A stretch of DNA of 64,000 bases from Nageia nagi (lineage: Eukaryota; Plantae; Pinophyta). Positions 11,860 to 25,618 of this stretch are shown in pieces (the first letter of the stretch is position 1; each line of letters opens with the position of its first letter). The stretch covers positions 82,708,001 through 82,772,000 of the forward strand of contig JBITNC010000001.1 in the NCBI GenBank assembly GCA_050084985.1, given 5' to 3'. Below the pieces are notes generated by a model. The model did no database searches. It worked only from the letters and a program-made list of their open reading frames with translations, and was not told where the DNA came from. The position numbers and the translations under genes are program-made.

Positions 11860-14800
11860 GTAGGAGAGTGAGATTCAAATTTGAAGCCAACAAGGAGAAT
11901 GAAGCAACATGAACAGTGAATCTTGACATATTGGTAGAAAAAACAATCAATAGTGCATGTGATAGGTAAGTGGCCTCTATTTTGTTGGACCCACCCATTT
12001 GGGTGGAGTGGGGGGAGGGTCTCTATTGAATCCTAGGGGGTAAAAACTTAAAAGAAATGGCCAAACTATATATGGGCATCCTGGTGGAGATCTAGAAAGT
12101 GGACTATGAGAAAGGTATGTCCAAGATCATAATTCCAGATGAGAACAAAAAGGATTGAATGAACAAGGAAACTATCCTTAATTGGTAAATTTATGGGTTA
12201 TCCTTAATTGGTAATTTTATGGTGAACAAACCAATATTAAAAAATGGATGAAACTAAATTCATTGATAAAAGGATATATAGAAATGGTAACTCTTCATGG
12301 GAGATTTTGGTTTTTGAATTTCAATGTGGAAGAAAACCTTGAATGGGTTCTTGAAAATGGACCATGGTGGTTTGAAGAAAGTGGGTTACATCTTAAAAGA
12401 TGGTACTCTATCTTTAGACTTGAGAAGTAATCTTTGATGTAGCACTAGTATGGATAACCCTCCCAAACCTACCTATGGATTTTTGGTATACAAATGTGAT
12501 AGAAGTGATACGAAATGCTTTGGGATCCTTTATATGTATGGACCAATACACAATATTTGGCTCAAGGTATGTTTCTACAAGACTTTGTGCAAACATTGAT
12601 GTTACAAAACCCTTACAAAATAGAATGTCTAAAAAATAAAAATGGAGAGTGTGTGCAAGATATATCATATAATTTAAAGCCAATGTCATGCTTAGTATGT
12701 AAGATCTATGGTCATCTTGCAAAAGATCTCCCAAAAAGATGTCCTCAAGAGAAAAGGAAAAAATAAAATTAGGAATGGCGACATAAAGGAAGGATATATG
12801 AAGATCCAAATTTGGGAAACTAGAAGGGAAGGAAAAAGAGATATAGGGATCTTCAAAATTTGTACAACAAGCTATGAAAGAGGCACAAGACAAACTACTT
12901 AAGATCAAAATGGAAAAAAGGAATTCCCCAAACATAAATAAAAATGAAGAGCAGAACCCAATAGGGAAAAAACCCTTTAATATTTTGAATATCATTAAGG
13001 AAACCATTAATGGATTTAAGGATGTTTTGGTGTCTCAAGTTTTAGAAACTCAGTTACAACAAGTTCAAACTATGCAAGAGGACAACAACAAAACACCAAC
13101 AAAAGATAATAATAGAAGTGAATCAAAATTAAAATAGAAGAAAAAGTTATAGAGGATGAAGGGGAAGAAGATTCCTAGGAAGAGGAGGAAAAAGAGAACG
13201 AAGCAAGAGAAGGAAAAGAAAATGAGTAGGAATGGCAATAAAAGGAATAAAACAAGGAGAAAGGAGGAAAAAGATAAAGAAAATGAACACCCATGTATTA
13301 AAACAAGTAGAAATACAAAAAGAACAACATATGTTGGGAAAATAGGGAAAAAGAAATATTCAATGAATAAGAACAAAAATAATAATGAAAAATAACCTCA
13401 AAGTGGATCAAGAGGTGGTAAAAACACTTTAGAGTAAAGTGGAGGTGAGAAACATACCATAAGAAGGTCTAAATGAAGTTGTTCTATTGGAATATAAGGG
13501 ACTACAACTTCCTCCAAAAATAAATAGTTGTGAGAGAGTTGTGAAGAGCAAATCAACCAAACATAGTAATGCTACAAGAAACAAAGATCAAGGAAGTAAG
13601 AAATTATGAGGAAAATGATATGGAAAGAGGTAAAACTAGAATCAATAAGTACAAAAGGTAAGGCATGAGGCCTAGTATTTCTTTATAATCCTTCTCTAGA
13701 AAAACTCCAAAGAATTTCATGCAACTCTTCAAGATGCATTTCAGTCAAAGTAGAAAGTAAGAATAATGACTTCTCCTTTATACTTTCTAATATGTATGCT
13801 CCCAACATGATTAGCAATAGTAAGAAATTTTAGGTTCAAGGTTAATTGAAACATACAAAGCAATTTCAAAATGATCCATGGATCCTTAGGGGATTTGAAT
13901 TCACCCTTGAAACTAGAGGATAAGTTTGAAGGAAGGACAAATCTATTAAGAAGTATGGAGGATTTAGGGAACATCTTGAACAAAATTGTACTTATTGATA
14001 TGGAACTAAAAGAAATTAAGTATACTTAGTCCAATAGGATATTTGGAAGAAATTTTATTTAAATAAAGACGAGATAAAATTCTTGTTACTATAGACTAGT
14101 TGGAGGAGTACCAAAATAGTCATCTTAAATCATTACTAACTGAAGGAATTAGGCCTACTCTAATTCTCAAGGTCCAAGACTAGGAAACTCAATCATTCAT
14201 TCACACAAGATAACATAAATATAATGTGGTTCCTCCCTCCTTGGGAGTACATCCACAACTAGTTCTCAATTCTCAATCTATGCACCTCTTACTACAATTC
14301 TCTTTCTCTCCTACACAAACTAGTAGAGTAATCTTACTCCAGAAACTTAGTTATGTTACAAGAGGAGAGGCCCTCTATTTATAGCATGAGAGCACCTCCC
14401 TAACCTCCCTTTAACCCAAGGGTAAGGTTAGGGTTACAATAAATGTATCACCTAACTTTAACCTACCAACTAACCACATGGTAAGGTCAAAGTCTATATA
14501 ATAAAGAATTCAATTAATCCCTTAAGGTATCTACATATCCTTTAAGTGATTAATTGAATTTACAAGGAGTTTAGATATTCACAATATTTCATTACAAATT
14601 CTAACACTAACAACTGGCTATGATTATTGCCCTTTACTATTGGATATGAATCCAAAACAAAAAAAGATATATTCATTCAAATTTGAATTCATGTGGATGA
14701 AACATCTAGAATTGAAAAAAAATTTGGAAAGGTGGTGGAAGATAGATATTATGTATAGACTCTTCCAATGGTGGAAGATGTTACAATTAAGAAACAAGAT

Positions 14801-16450
14801 CTTAAATCAGATCTTGAAATAATAGAGTAAGAAATTCTTATTAGAGGAAGAGATGGGAATTTAGATAGGGAAGAAAAACAAACCATGGCAGATTACAACA
14901 ATACTATAGCTCATAAAGAAAGTCATCAATGACAATTCAATATGATTTTTAACCTATATGAAAAATCATCCCATCAAAAAGTAAATCTTCAAAAGACTAA
15001 ATTCTTCATGTTGAATTCGTCACCTAAGAAAGGAAAAAGAATAAGAAGGGTATTAGTCTGTCAAATAGATAAATTACTGTTTTAGGATAGGAATGCCTCA
15101 AATTATGGTAGAGTAAGGACCAAGTATTGGGATAATGTGTTAGAAAAAATTAACAATAAATTGGTTGGTTGGAAAGGGAAAATGCTAAGTTATAGTGCTT
15201 TGGTGTTCAAAATATCAATAGGGGTATGAAAAAAAAGACCAAATTTGTAATAGATTTATTTAGGTAGGAAGTGAAGAAAAAAAAAAACTAGCTTTGATCT
15301 CATGAGGTAGGATTTGCAAAAGAAAAATTAAGGAGGTATTGATCTAAGGAAACCAAAGCATTTAAGTGAATCCTTAATAGGGAAAGCAAGTTGGAGTTTA
15401 GCATTGGAAGAAGACCAAAAGTGAATTAAAGTATGTAAAGCAAAATACCTTTAGAACCATAATTTATTTTTTAGGATAGAAAATCTTCCTTATAGATCCC
15501 CCTTATGGAATGGTCTAGTTAAAATCAAATATTTACTCACAAAATACATTGTATGGGAACTAAGGAATGGAGAAAGCATCTTCTTTTGGGAAGATACATG
15601 GCTAAGGAATAAACCTCTAATTGATTATAGAAAAATTAAAAAGCAAAAAATGGGCTAAGAAAAATCAAAGTGAAAAAGCTTCAAATTTATAAAGAAAGAG
15701 AGGCATAATGCATGTTTGAACAAGCTAAAGATCTCCAAATTGAAGCATAAGTCAAAAAAAAAAAAAGATATTCAAATAAAAAAGACACTACATAGAAGGA
15801 ACATCAAATCAAAAAATAAAAAAGACACTCCTTGGTGGAAAGGCATAAAGGAAATAAATTATAAGGTGAAAGAAGTTATAAATTTAATTAATAAGACTCA
15901 ACAAGAAGGCACTCATGAACTCTAGAACCAAGTGTGGATTAAAGGTCTAACACCAAAGATTGCCTTTTTTATATGGGTACTAAGTCATAATAAATTACCA
16001 ACATTAGATAACCTAAAGAAGAAATGTTTTCAATACCAAATAGGTGCACACACTATTTCAAGTAGGAAGAGACAAGGGATCATACATTCCTTAAATTATG
16101 AGTTTTCACAAGAAATATATAATTTATTGAAAGAAATGAATAGATCATGGCTATCCCTAATGTTAGTTATGGATATGCTAGTTTAATGGAACAATGTAGG
16201 AGATAATAAAATGGAAAGGATTTTACTAAGTTTATGCTAATCCCATATAAGAAATAAAAGGTTCTTTGAAAGCAAGCAAGATATATAGACTAGCCAAATT
16301 AAGCACCATAGAGAATTTGAAGGTTAATTATCAATGGATAATTAAATCCAAAGCCTTCAAAAACTTTCAAAATGAAAAAAATGAGTAAGCTAAAAATGGA
16401 AATAGAGGATTCTCTTATCAATAGAAGAGTAGGTAAGAAATTAATAAAGG
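11860..16450 (+). mobile_element. Decayed L1-clade LINE: ORF1 (DUF4283, zinc knuckle) and ORF2 (APE endonuclease, RT core deleted, zf-RVT)
   Basis: ORF1: VLENGPWWF...LHLKRW, WITLPNLPMDFW, CLVCKIYGHLAKD. ORF2 from 13474: MKLFYWNIR, MLQETK, NMYAP, GDLNSP, FKFEFMW, NLYEKSSHQKVNLQK, KLVGWKGKMLS, NGESIFFWEDTW, VWIKGLTPKIAFFIWVLSHNKLPTLDNL. Confidence 0.9.
14141..14606 (-). mobile_element. Solo LTR (copia family, same as 26462-26959) inserted in the L1 endonuclease domain
   Basis: TG...CA termini, perfect 5-bp TSD CTAAC (14136-14140 and 14607-14611). Reverse-complement match to the LTR at 26462. Confidence 0.93.
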
Positions 16451-16750
16451 CGACACCAAACATTACTTAGAATTTTGTGTCAAGAATGAGAAGTACGAGA
16501 CTTAAATCCATAATAATAAGTTCAAGATCCATTATGCATAGGGAGGTAGACTTTGTACTCTTGAGGTCATATTATCACTCACTCTTGAGGTCATATTATC
16601 ACTCACACAACATTCCAAATCCAAATCCTACCCATTAATGTCACAACATTCCAAATCCTTCAAATAGGTCAATTGTATGCATAGGTGACGTATAAGCATA
16701 ATTGTGAGGAAGAATACATAAAATATGATATTCAAAGCATATGAACTACC

Positions 16751-18050
16751 ATGGGAAGAGATACGGTGCATAATGAACCTATCTTAATAGATGAAGTCAA
16801 GAAAAATGTGGAGGCATAAGAGATATTATGTAAAGGAGGTATGTAATTCTTCTTAGAGGCCTATAATGAGTTTGATAAATAATTATCCATTATTGTGGCC
16901 AATTATTGGATGAAGGAAGATGCATGGGGAATAATGTAGAAGTTATCTTCAATTAGGCGAAATATGTTGAAGCCATTAGAATGAATAATTAGGGTAAAAA
17001 AATCAAGAGGGAGAGTAACCTTAATAAGGGGTAGATTAACAAGTTTTTGAAATTAGGGGATGTAATTATCAAATATATAACAATGTAGGAAATAACTAGT
17101 CTACCAAAGTTATGGGATGAGGTAAACAAAGGCTTAATACATTATATAACTATAGAAGGTTATCATAAAGAGGCATTTACTCATTATTTTAGATTAATTA
17201 ATCATTTTCATATTCTTGAAATGGTCAATTTCCCTTTCTTCATCTTCCATTCCATGAAGACCTCAATTAAGAAGTTTAAGAGTAATAAGGTTAAAGTACC
17301 TCTATGCAAGGGGGTTTTCAAGCTATTGCTTTCTATGGAGCTTTTCAAAAATACTAAAACAAACCCCTTGATTAGCATAGATGTATAAGGGGAAGATACT
17401 CCTTTAGTCTAAATTCTCAAAAATAAGAAAATAGAGAAAAGCAAAACAAAAAAGGTTAAACAAATAACTGGAAAAGGGAAAAAAATATGCAAAAGAAGTT
17501 GGGTCTTCAAGTTGCCCATTCACCATAACAAATAATGTACCTACGAAATAAAAAGAAAAGATTCAAAAATAAGATGTTCTACTAGATTAGGGAAAGAAAA
17601 AGAAGAGAATGAGGTACACAAAAGAAGAGGAAAAATAAAATGAAAAGGTGGAAAAGAATAATGAAGTATCTCAAAAGGTCTCAACTATAACAAGGGGGAG
17701 AAAAAGGTTAAGGGACTCTACCAAGAAGAAGATGAATGAAGCACAAGAGGTTATTAATTTGGAACATGAATCATCCAAAGGGGAGGTACCAAAAATCAAG
17801 AATAAAAGAAGAATTAAAAAGGGACTTTCGATTTTGAGACTGAAAATAATGGCAATCAAGAGAATAGGTGTAATGACTTCCACAATATCTTGTTGGCTAA
17901 AAAGTTGTTTGAAAGGGAGAAACAAGTATGTCATTGGAGGACTTATCAAATGAATGCATAGAACATAAATTCATGTGGAGGAAGATTTATAGGAAATAAT
18001 ATGATAGAAGAAGATACCTAGATATCTTTATATTCAAAGAGAAGGAGGGT
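16751..18050 (+). pseudogene. Decayed uncharacterised TE accessory ORF downstream of L1 ORF2 (candidate ORF3), with K/E-rich C-terminal part
   Basis: MGRDTVHNEP... from 16751 with stops; open stretch 17089-17388 EITSLPKLWDEV...YITIEG...INHF...VNFPFF...KVPLCKGVFKL. Aligns without gaps to the minus-strand ORF at 45601/38259. Confidence 0.7.
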
Positions 18051-19395
18051 GACAATGAAATTGAAATTATACAAATACATAGAGATTTCTAGAACATTAA
18101 AATATAGAAAGAGGAAGCAACTGGGTTTTCCTTCATACATCATAGAACAAAGTTTATTTTCTGCAAGGATAAATGAAGCAACTATATTTTATTATATATG
18201 CACTAAGATATGTTTCTATACATGTATAGTTATATAAGACATACCCTATAGGGGATTTTGTAACAAAAGGTACTATTGAAGTAGTAACATATATACTTTA
18301 GTTTTCTTATTTTTCATGATATATAGATACAAAGATCATATTATAATATCATAATGTAAAGATTACAAAAGAACCTTTTAAAACTCATGATTTTTATAAT
18401 ATATTTACCCTATTAATAAAATGAAATTATTGAAATTTTTTTATGCTCATAAAAATACTTTGTGGGATGCAATGAAAAAGGTTCAAGTAGATGTAAATGT
18501 TTTAACTAGTGTATTTTTAGAAATGTTAGAATCATTCTCTCAAGTGAATATGGTTACTTTTGATGATGAAGATATCCTTAGTAAAGAAATTGATGATACG
18601 TATCTAGTATTATATATCAAGGTAAAAATGTTTAGAAGATTAATTAAGAGAGTCTTAGTTGATGTTGGATCTAATATGAATATTTTCCCACTCTCTTTCT
18701 TGAAAATGTTTCAACAATTGATGAATAGGATTCATAGATCTAACAGTAGTATCAAGGGATTTAGTAGTGTTGAAAAATCTTGTATGGGAGTAATGATATT
18801 GCCAATTGAAGTAGAGCCTAAAATAATCAATATTAAGTATTATTTATTTCAATATAACCTCTCTTATAATTTTTTTATGGTATATATTATTTTAACTCCA
18901 TGAAGGTTGTTTCATCCACATTACATAGGTGCCTAAAATTTGAGCATGAACAAACTATAACAATCAGAGCTGATGAGAAACCTTTTGAATTTGTTCATGT
19001 TGTTGAGGGTAATATGGTTTCTATCAAAGAATTACAAATTGAAGATGGAAGAAAATTTAAAGAATTAGATCATATTTAGGAGGTGGACCTAAGCACCTAC
19101 AAATTTGATGATGTGGATATATGGTAGAGATTCAAAGATTTGGGCCATCCTTTCAAAATAATATGCCAACGCACCTTGAGGCATCAACATACAAAGAATA
19201 ATGAGAATGGGAATCCTATAGAAGATGTGTATATTCTAATTTAGAAGAAAAATACAAAGAAATCACTAGTACAATTTAGTGATTTTACATCATACCATAC
19301 ATCATATAATTACATTTTGATGTCATGACACAAGATGCATCATTGGCTAGCATGTCTACGTCAATCCATGTCCAATTACTTTTTTTAACATATCG

Positions 19396-19502
19396 ATTGA
19401 TGTATTGGTTGATGTATAGATTTATGTATTAATTGTTGTATTGATTGATGTATTGAGTGATGTATTGATTGACACATTAAATACATCAAACAATACATCA
19501 AG
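19396..19502. repeat. ~12-bp tandem repeat (gattgatgtatt) with adjacent inverted copies
   Basis: About 6 degenerate units at 19396-19473, then aatacatcaa twice (reverse complement). Confidence 0.7.
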
Positions 19503-20044
19503 CTAAAAAAGGAATAGAAAAAAAGGCATGAATCATGCACATGAATCATGGCATGATCCACTATTGACCATCGATGCATTCCCTTGATCGATGATTGATT
19601 TTGAATGATAGGTATGATGCCATTGAGGAGTGAATGAAGGAGCTTTCCCTTTGTAAGGGCATTGTTGGTGATGTAGGTCTACAAGAGTTGAAGACATGTT
19701 GAAGAGCATAGAGAGTAATGTGTATTTATATTTTGTAGTAAGTGAAATGTGCATTGTGTGCTTCAATTGCCCATCTCAATAGAGTTGTGTGAGAGTTTGG
19801 TGGACGTCCACGAAGTTTTTGACTATATAACCGATCAATTTATGATAGATAAATTACCAACAATTTGCTAAGAGAAGGATCAATATTATGGTACACCTAA
19901 GATCATATTATAACATACTCAAAAACTACATAGAAACAAAATCAAACTAGAAGAATTTCAAATATGTAATTTGGTTTTAATGAAAAAATAGAAAGACTAA
20001 CATAAATTGATAACTCAAAGGAAAGTTTGAACTTAATTGGCTTT

Positions 20045-20550
20045 TGAAAGAACTAACACTAACAAGATAATTACTAATCTACAAAGATCATATGAAAGCT
20101 CTCAATTCATATCTAACAAACTCACAAATAAGATAATCTCGCAAAGTAACTTAAGATGTAAAGTGGTTCCTCCAACTAGGAGTACATCCACTAACTAGAT
20201 CTTTACTTCAATCACAAATACAACTCTCTTACAATCCTCCTAATCTCAACTCCTACACTTCTATCCTATAGCATAATTTTACTCCACAAATTGGTGTGTT
20301 ATCACAAAGAGGGAGCCTTCTATTTATAGGCCAAAATCCCTCTTTGGATCACCCTTTTATCCAATGTACAAAAGCATGGCATGCACATCCTTTTACCTAA
20401 GGGGCATGCTCATGACATGGAGTGTAGGACAAGTTACATTATCATATTCATTTAAATACTTAAGGTATCAAATGATACCCTTAAGTATTAGTGAATTTAC
20501 ATAGAAGATTTAATACAAACCTTTACAATAATGCATTATACATTCCAACA
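20045..20550 (-). mobile_element. Solo LTR (copia family of 24660 and 60331) inserted in gypsy integrase
   Basis: TGAAAG...CCAACA, perfect TSD GCTTT (20040-20044 and 20551-20555). Near-identical to 24660-25142. Confidence 0.93.
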
Positions 20551-22034
20551 GCTTTTTCCATTGATCATAACTAAAAAGATTGAATCAAAAGCATATAAAT
20601 TATCAACTACAGATAGTAAAGATCTTCCCAAACCAATTAATATCATGCATCTTGAGAGATTTTATGCATTAAAAATTAGATCATATATTAGAATAATAGA
20701 ACTAACTTAGAAAATAATAAGTATTTCTAGCATCAAGGCAATAATATAAAGTCATTAGCAAAACATTAAGGTATTTTAAGCTAAATTTTAGGTTACTTAA
20801 GGCATAAAAATTAGAGTTTAGGTCAACCATGAATTTTTCTAGAATTTCTAGTTGAAAAAACTTTAGTGGATCATAACCAGCTTCAATATGTTTCTCAAAC
20901 TAATAACTTTCTAGTTCAATAAGTTTTAATGGTAGAAAATCAGGTTTTCAATCATGAAAAGCACTTAAATAATCATGCAAAATGAAAATATCCACAAATG
21001 GAATATTGATTAGATCTTCCCAATAGTAAAATAATAAAAATAATAATATTTTAAGCACTTGTGACACATCAAAATGTCATAAAAAATTACTTCTCAAGGT
21101 CATTTTGGCACAAGGTAGGGGCAAAGTTTGGCCCTATCTCACAAGAAAATTAATGATCCCACCATGAGTTATCTTTTTCTCCCCCTTTAATTCTAAGTCT
21201 TGGAGGACATTACATAAAAAAATAACATGTCAAAATTTATCTTAAAAGGTCTTTGTTCAACTCCTATGGTGAAAATAAACCTTTCAAGCAAAAATTGCAA
21301 AATGAAAAAAAGTTGACTATGTCTAACCACATCTTTCAAATATTATTTATGAATTTTTTTTTATCATTATCATCATGTTTATAATTTCAAAAATATCAAT
21401 GTTTATAATTTTCATGCATTTAATTGAGACACTATCACTTTTATGCACTTAAGTGGGGCAATATCATTCCAAATTTAACAATACATGTAGTGGTCATCAT
21501 AATTCCTATGGATACATGATCATTATATCAACTTATCATTTGATCATCATAAATTCTTTGGGTATATGATAATTATATCACATATTATATGGTTATTAAA
21601 ACTCTTTCAAGTAGATGATATTTTTTTATCGTATTATGTTCATCATAACTTTAATTATTAATGCTTATCATAAATATCTTAGCTATATCTTCTATGCTAA
21701 CAAAAGAAGGTGTTTAATCACTATGAAGGATTACTAATGTTCCATATGCCACTTAGGATAGGCACTAAACCTTCCAAACATCTTCTCCCATGTAGAATTC
21801 TTTTTCTTTTCAAGTATCATTTTGCTTTAAGATCCTCATTCCAACTAAGCTTTTCACAAGCAATTCCAAGAACAAGGGGCAACAAAAAAGATGAAAATGA
21901 GGCACACCAAGCTCATGCCTTTCTCTCTCAAGGATATTACATTCATCATCATCAAAGAAGTGCATAAATATTAGCAATATCTTTCTCTCTTAGCACACTA
22001 GGAATGTGGACTTAGGTATATCCATCACATTCCC

Positions 22035-22640
22035 AAAGGGGATAAAATGTAGATACCTAAGATTAATTTTTATATTTAACTAAATACATAATTAGGTATA
22101 TAGAAAATATAAATCATTTGAAGGGAAGTAATAATAAAATAAATTCAAATTTCAAATTTCAAATTTAATATTGTAATATACAATATGAATGCTTATGCTT
22201 TATTATAGAAGGTCATGATCATTTCATTTATCTATATCCAATCTTTGAAATATCTATCTTGATACGAACATGATCTAAGCTCTCCAAGATTATCAATGTA
22301 GATAAAAGCATCAAGAAAAGCATTTATATATTTCTAAATCAAGTTGGATATAATTTCATGCTCTCATATAAAAATCTAAGTCAAACTTAACATATGATAC
22401 CATACCTATTGTAACTTTTAAAAGTGTGAAACTCTTAAAAAATCAAGCCTTAAAAGACTTTATACTCTTACTTATAGGCCTTATGGATTGAAAACTAAGG
22501 TCTCTCAACCCTTTCAAAATTGAAGGGCTTGCTATTTCATTATTTATTCTTGATCTTTTAAAGATTAGTCAAATATAAGTATTGAGTACATATTGTTCAT
22601 ACTTTTTTTGATTTAACTATCATGTTTTTTCTCTAACATG
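22035..22640 (+). mobile_element. PPT plus probable gypsy 3' LTR remnant
   Basis: aaaggggataaaa|tgtagatacctaa at 22048; a similar junction occurs at 55890-55920. Right end uncertain. Confidence 0.4.
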
Positions 22641-23099
22641 TGGGGGAGAGCCTTATCATTATTAAGGTTGTTCATAGTCCCCCTAAAACATCTAATACAA
22701 GAATGAATCCCCCCAAAATCCTAGTATAATAGATCAATTTAGAAGAGCATTCAAGGTTTCATTTGAAGTAAGTAATATTAGATACAAGTATTGTTATTTG
22801 AACATTACTAACTTTTACTCTAGATTTAGGATTTTTTCATAATTTTTAATTTATTTATTAATACATATTGAATTGTTCATATATTTTTAATTTAGTAGAT
22901 AAGATAAAATTTGTAAATTATATTATTACAATTGTACTTTATTTTATCTAAACTAGGCATAACCAAGTTCACATCGATAGACAAATAGATAAGTCTTTTA
23001 ACATCCTTTTAAACCCAATGGTTTGTAGGACCTATAAAAGTTTATCCATAAATAAATATAAATCAATTGTGTATTTGAATATTTATTTTTGACATAATT

Positions 23100-23880
23100 A
23101 AGTTGTACAATATAATCGACAATCCTCTGTTTGGTTATCTTGATTTAAAAATTCATTGGATCAAGCTATAATTACACATAATTTTATAGGTTTGTATGAT
23201 GTCTTTGTAAAGTGGATAAAAAAAGCAAAAATGTGGCTCATCTTTTATGGCATTTACATTACAAAGCTTACAAATTATTTTATCCCAAGGTGTTTTAGGT
23301 ATTGTCCATCTACTAGTTCCGCTATGCAATTCATGTGAATTAGTTCTTAATTTTATGATCATAAATTTCTCTTTGAGATTGACAATCTTATGTGGAGATG
23401 GATGTTCAAGTTTTGGGTTAATGATGTTGTTATAGTAAGCTAGTTCTATTTTATTTTTGATATTATCATCACTCCATAAATTTTGAGTTACTTTATTTGT
23501 AATGTGTAATTTTAATTTATAGCTATTTGAAGTGGTGATGTTAATGTGTATACCCCAAAATCAAGCCACTTAGAAAATAATTTTATCCAACCTCTTTTAA
23601 GATGTTATGAGTTAAACAAGTTCATTTGGCGATTATAGATCACCTAAGAGGCTCCAACTTTGTTAGTTTATAATTGCATAAGATATAACATTTAAAGCTT
23701 CATTTTCAATAGGGAGTAAACCAACTTCCATGAGAAGGATAAGGTACAACATATTTTTAATTTTGTATTTATAAATGATGAATTATTTTTTAATTTGTTC
23801 AATTTTATTCCTTGTTAGTTGAGAAATTCTTCCAACCAAAACTTCACAACCATATAGTATTACTAAGGGTATGAGATGAG
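23100..23880 (-). mobile_element. 3' fragment of an RTE/CR1-type LINE ORF2
   Basis: KLRTNSHELHSGTSRWTIPKTPWDKIICKLCNVNAIKDEPHF...PLYKDI, the conserved C-terminal Cys/His motif of such ORF2s. Confidence 0.75.
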
Positions 23881-24659
23881 AGAAAATAATTTTCTTTTTG
23901 TCCTAGTTCCAAAGTCTTATATTTTTACATTTATTTTCTAGACCATAAAAGGCTTCCCATCCAACAAAGGATTTCAATGTAGTTCATGGTTTATATCGAT
24001 ACATGACTATTCTTAAGAGTGAATTACCTCCAAGAGTTGATTATTAAATAGGATTATATGATGATACATGTGAGTTTATGTCTCAACAATGGAAGAAAAA
24101 TAGCTCAAAACTAAAGAGCACCAAAGTCACTTAGTAGAGCACTAAAGTTATAGAGTGGAGCACCAAATTTGATAAACAAATGACCAAATGAGCTCAAAAT
24201 GAGGTAAATAAATTACAATTAGAAAGAACTCAATAGTGGGTATCTAAAAAGGTAAAAACATCAAATATTGGACTTCAATTTTAGGAGCATCAAGGTTCTA
24301 AACATTACAAGAAGCATCAAAGTTTGGGTGGAAAAAGATTAAAACATGATTTTTGGAGCTAAAACATAAGCATCAACCACATATGAAATATAAAATGTGC
24401 TATATACATAGAAATATATTTCTAATAACTTTCCAAACATGCATCATGATATACAAATGGAGTGACACACCAAAACTTATTAAAATCCAAAATAGCCTAC
24501 TCAATCTTTTTGTACAAAATTAGAAAAATTGGACACCCTAGAAAATATGAAGATAAAAGCTTAGAAAATGAATTTTTCTATTCTAGTGGATTTGAAAATT
24601 AAATACAATATATAAAATATGTAATGCTATAACTTGAAAAGATTAGAGCATAAACAACA

Positions 24660-25142
24660 TGAAGGAATAAACACTAACAATAATTCCTACACAACCAAGA
24701 TCTCTTGAAAGCTCACAAGCACACCTAACAAACTCATAAAGCAATCTCACAAGGATAACTCAAGATGTAAGTGGTTCCTCCAACTAGGAGTACATCCACT
24801 AACTATATCTCACTTCATTCACAAATATGAACTCTTACAATACTCCTAAACACTATCCTCTAGCATAACTTTACTCCACAATTTAGTGTGTGATAACAAA
24901 TAGGGAGCCTTCTATTTATTGGCCAAAATCCCTCTTTGGATCACCCTTTAACCCATTGTACAAAGGCATGTCATGCAGTCCCTTTTACCCAAAGGGCATG
25001 CTCATGACATGGATTGTAGGACAAGTTACATTATCATATTCACTTAAATACTTAAGGTATCAAATGATACCCTTAAGAATTAGTGAACTTACATAGAAGA
25101 TTATTACAAAACTTTTACAATAATGCATTATACATTCCAACA
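24660..25142 (-). mobile_element. LTR (solo-like) of the 20045/60331 copia family
   Basis: TGAAGG...CCAACA with high similarity to 20045-20550. Flanks caaca/ttaca are not a clean TSD. Confidence 0.88.
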
Positions 25143-25618
25143 TTACAAAGGCTAATCAAAGAATCCCACAATAATAAATACCCACAAACTATATTGATAC
25201 ATAATCACATGATATGTATAGCATACATAGATCCTCAAATACATATTTTAAGACTTATTATTTTCTTAATCTATTCTACATCCCTAATCATTCAGTGCAA
25301 TGGCTTCCTTATAAGTAATAATATAAAATAGTAATTCACTACATTCATTCATACATGGAGAACACATAACAACATAACAAATTTCAAGAGTATTTTGATC
25401 TTATTTATTGCACAAGAATATTACAATAAACCAAGTGGAGTTCATGTTTGCATCCCTAGGTCTACAACTTTTCATACACAACTAAAATTTATTCTTTCTA
25501 TTCTAAAAGATCCCCCTTTTAATGGAGCTATCCAAAATTTTATAGCTAAAACTGATGTCCTATAGGTTTCTTGGGATCATTTCAACTTCTTACATAAAGT
25601 ACACCACTCTTCTAACCT

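Larger units (their letters stand above)
18380..20680 (+). mobile_element. Decayed, internally deleted Ty3/gypsy (Tat/Ogre-like): protease region and integrase C-terminus
   Basis: LYIKV...IKRVLVDVGSNMNI aspartic protease (18421-18903). GKFELNWL|FPLIITKKIESKAYKLSTTDSKDLPKPINIMHLERFYA integrase end (20020-20670), split by a solo LTR. Confidence 0.8.

Noticed and set aside
13065-13395. Hydrophobic or Lys-rich ORFs as membrane/basic proteins
   Set aside because: Artefacts of the purine-rich low-complexity L1 ORF1 C-terminus.
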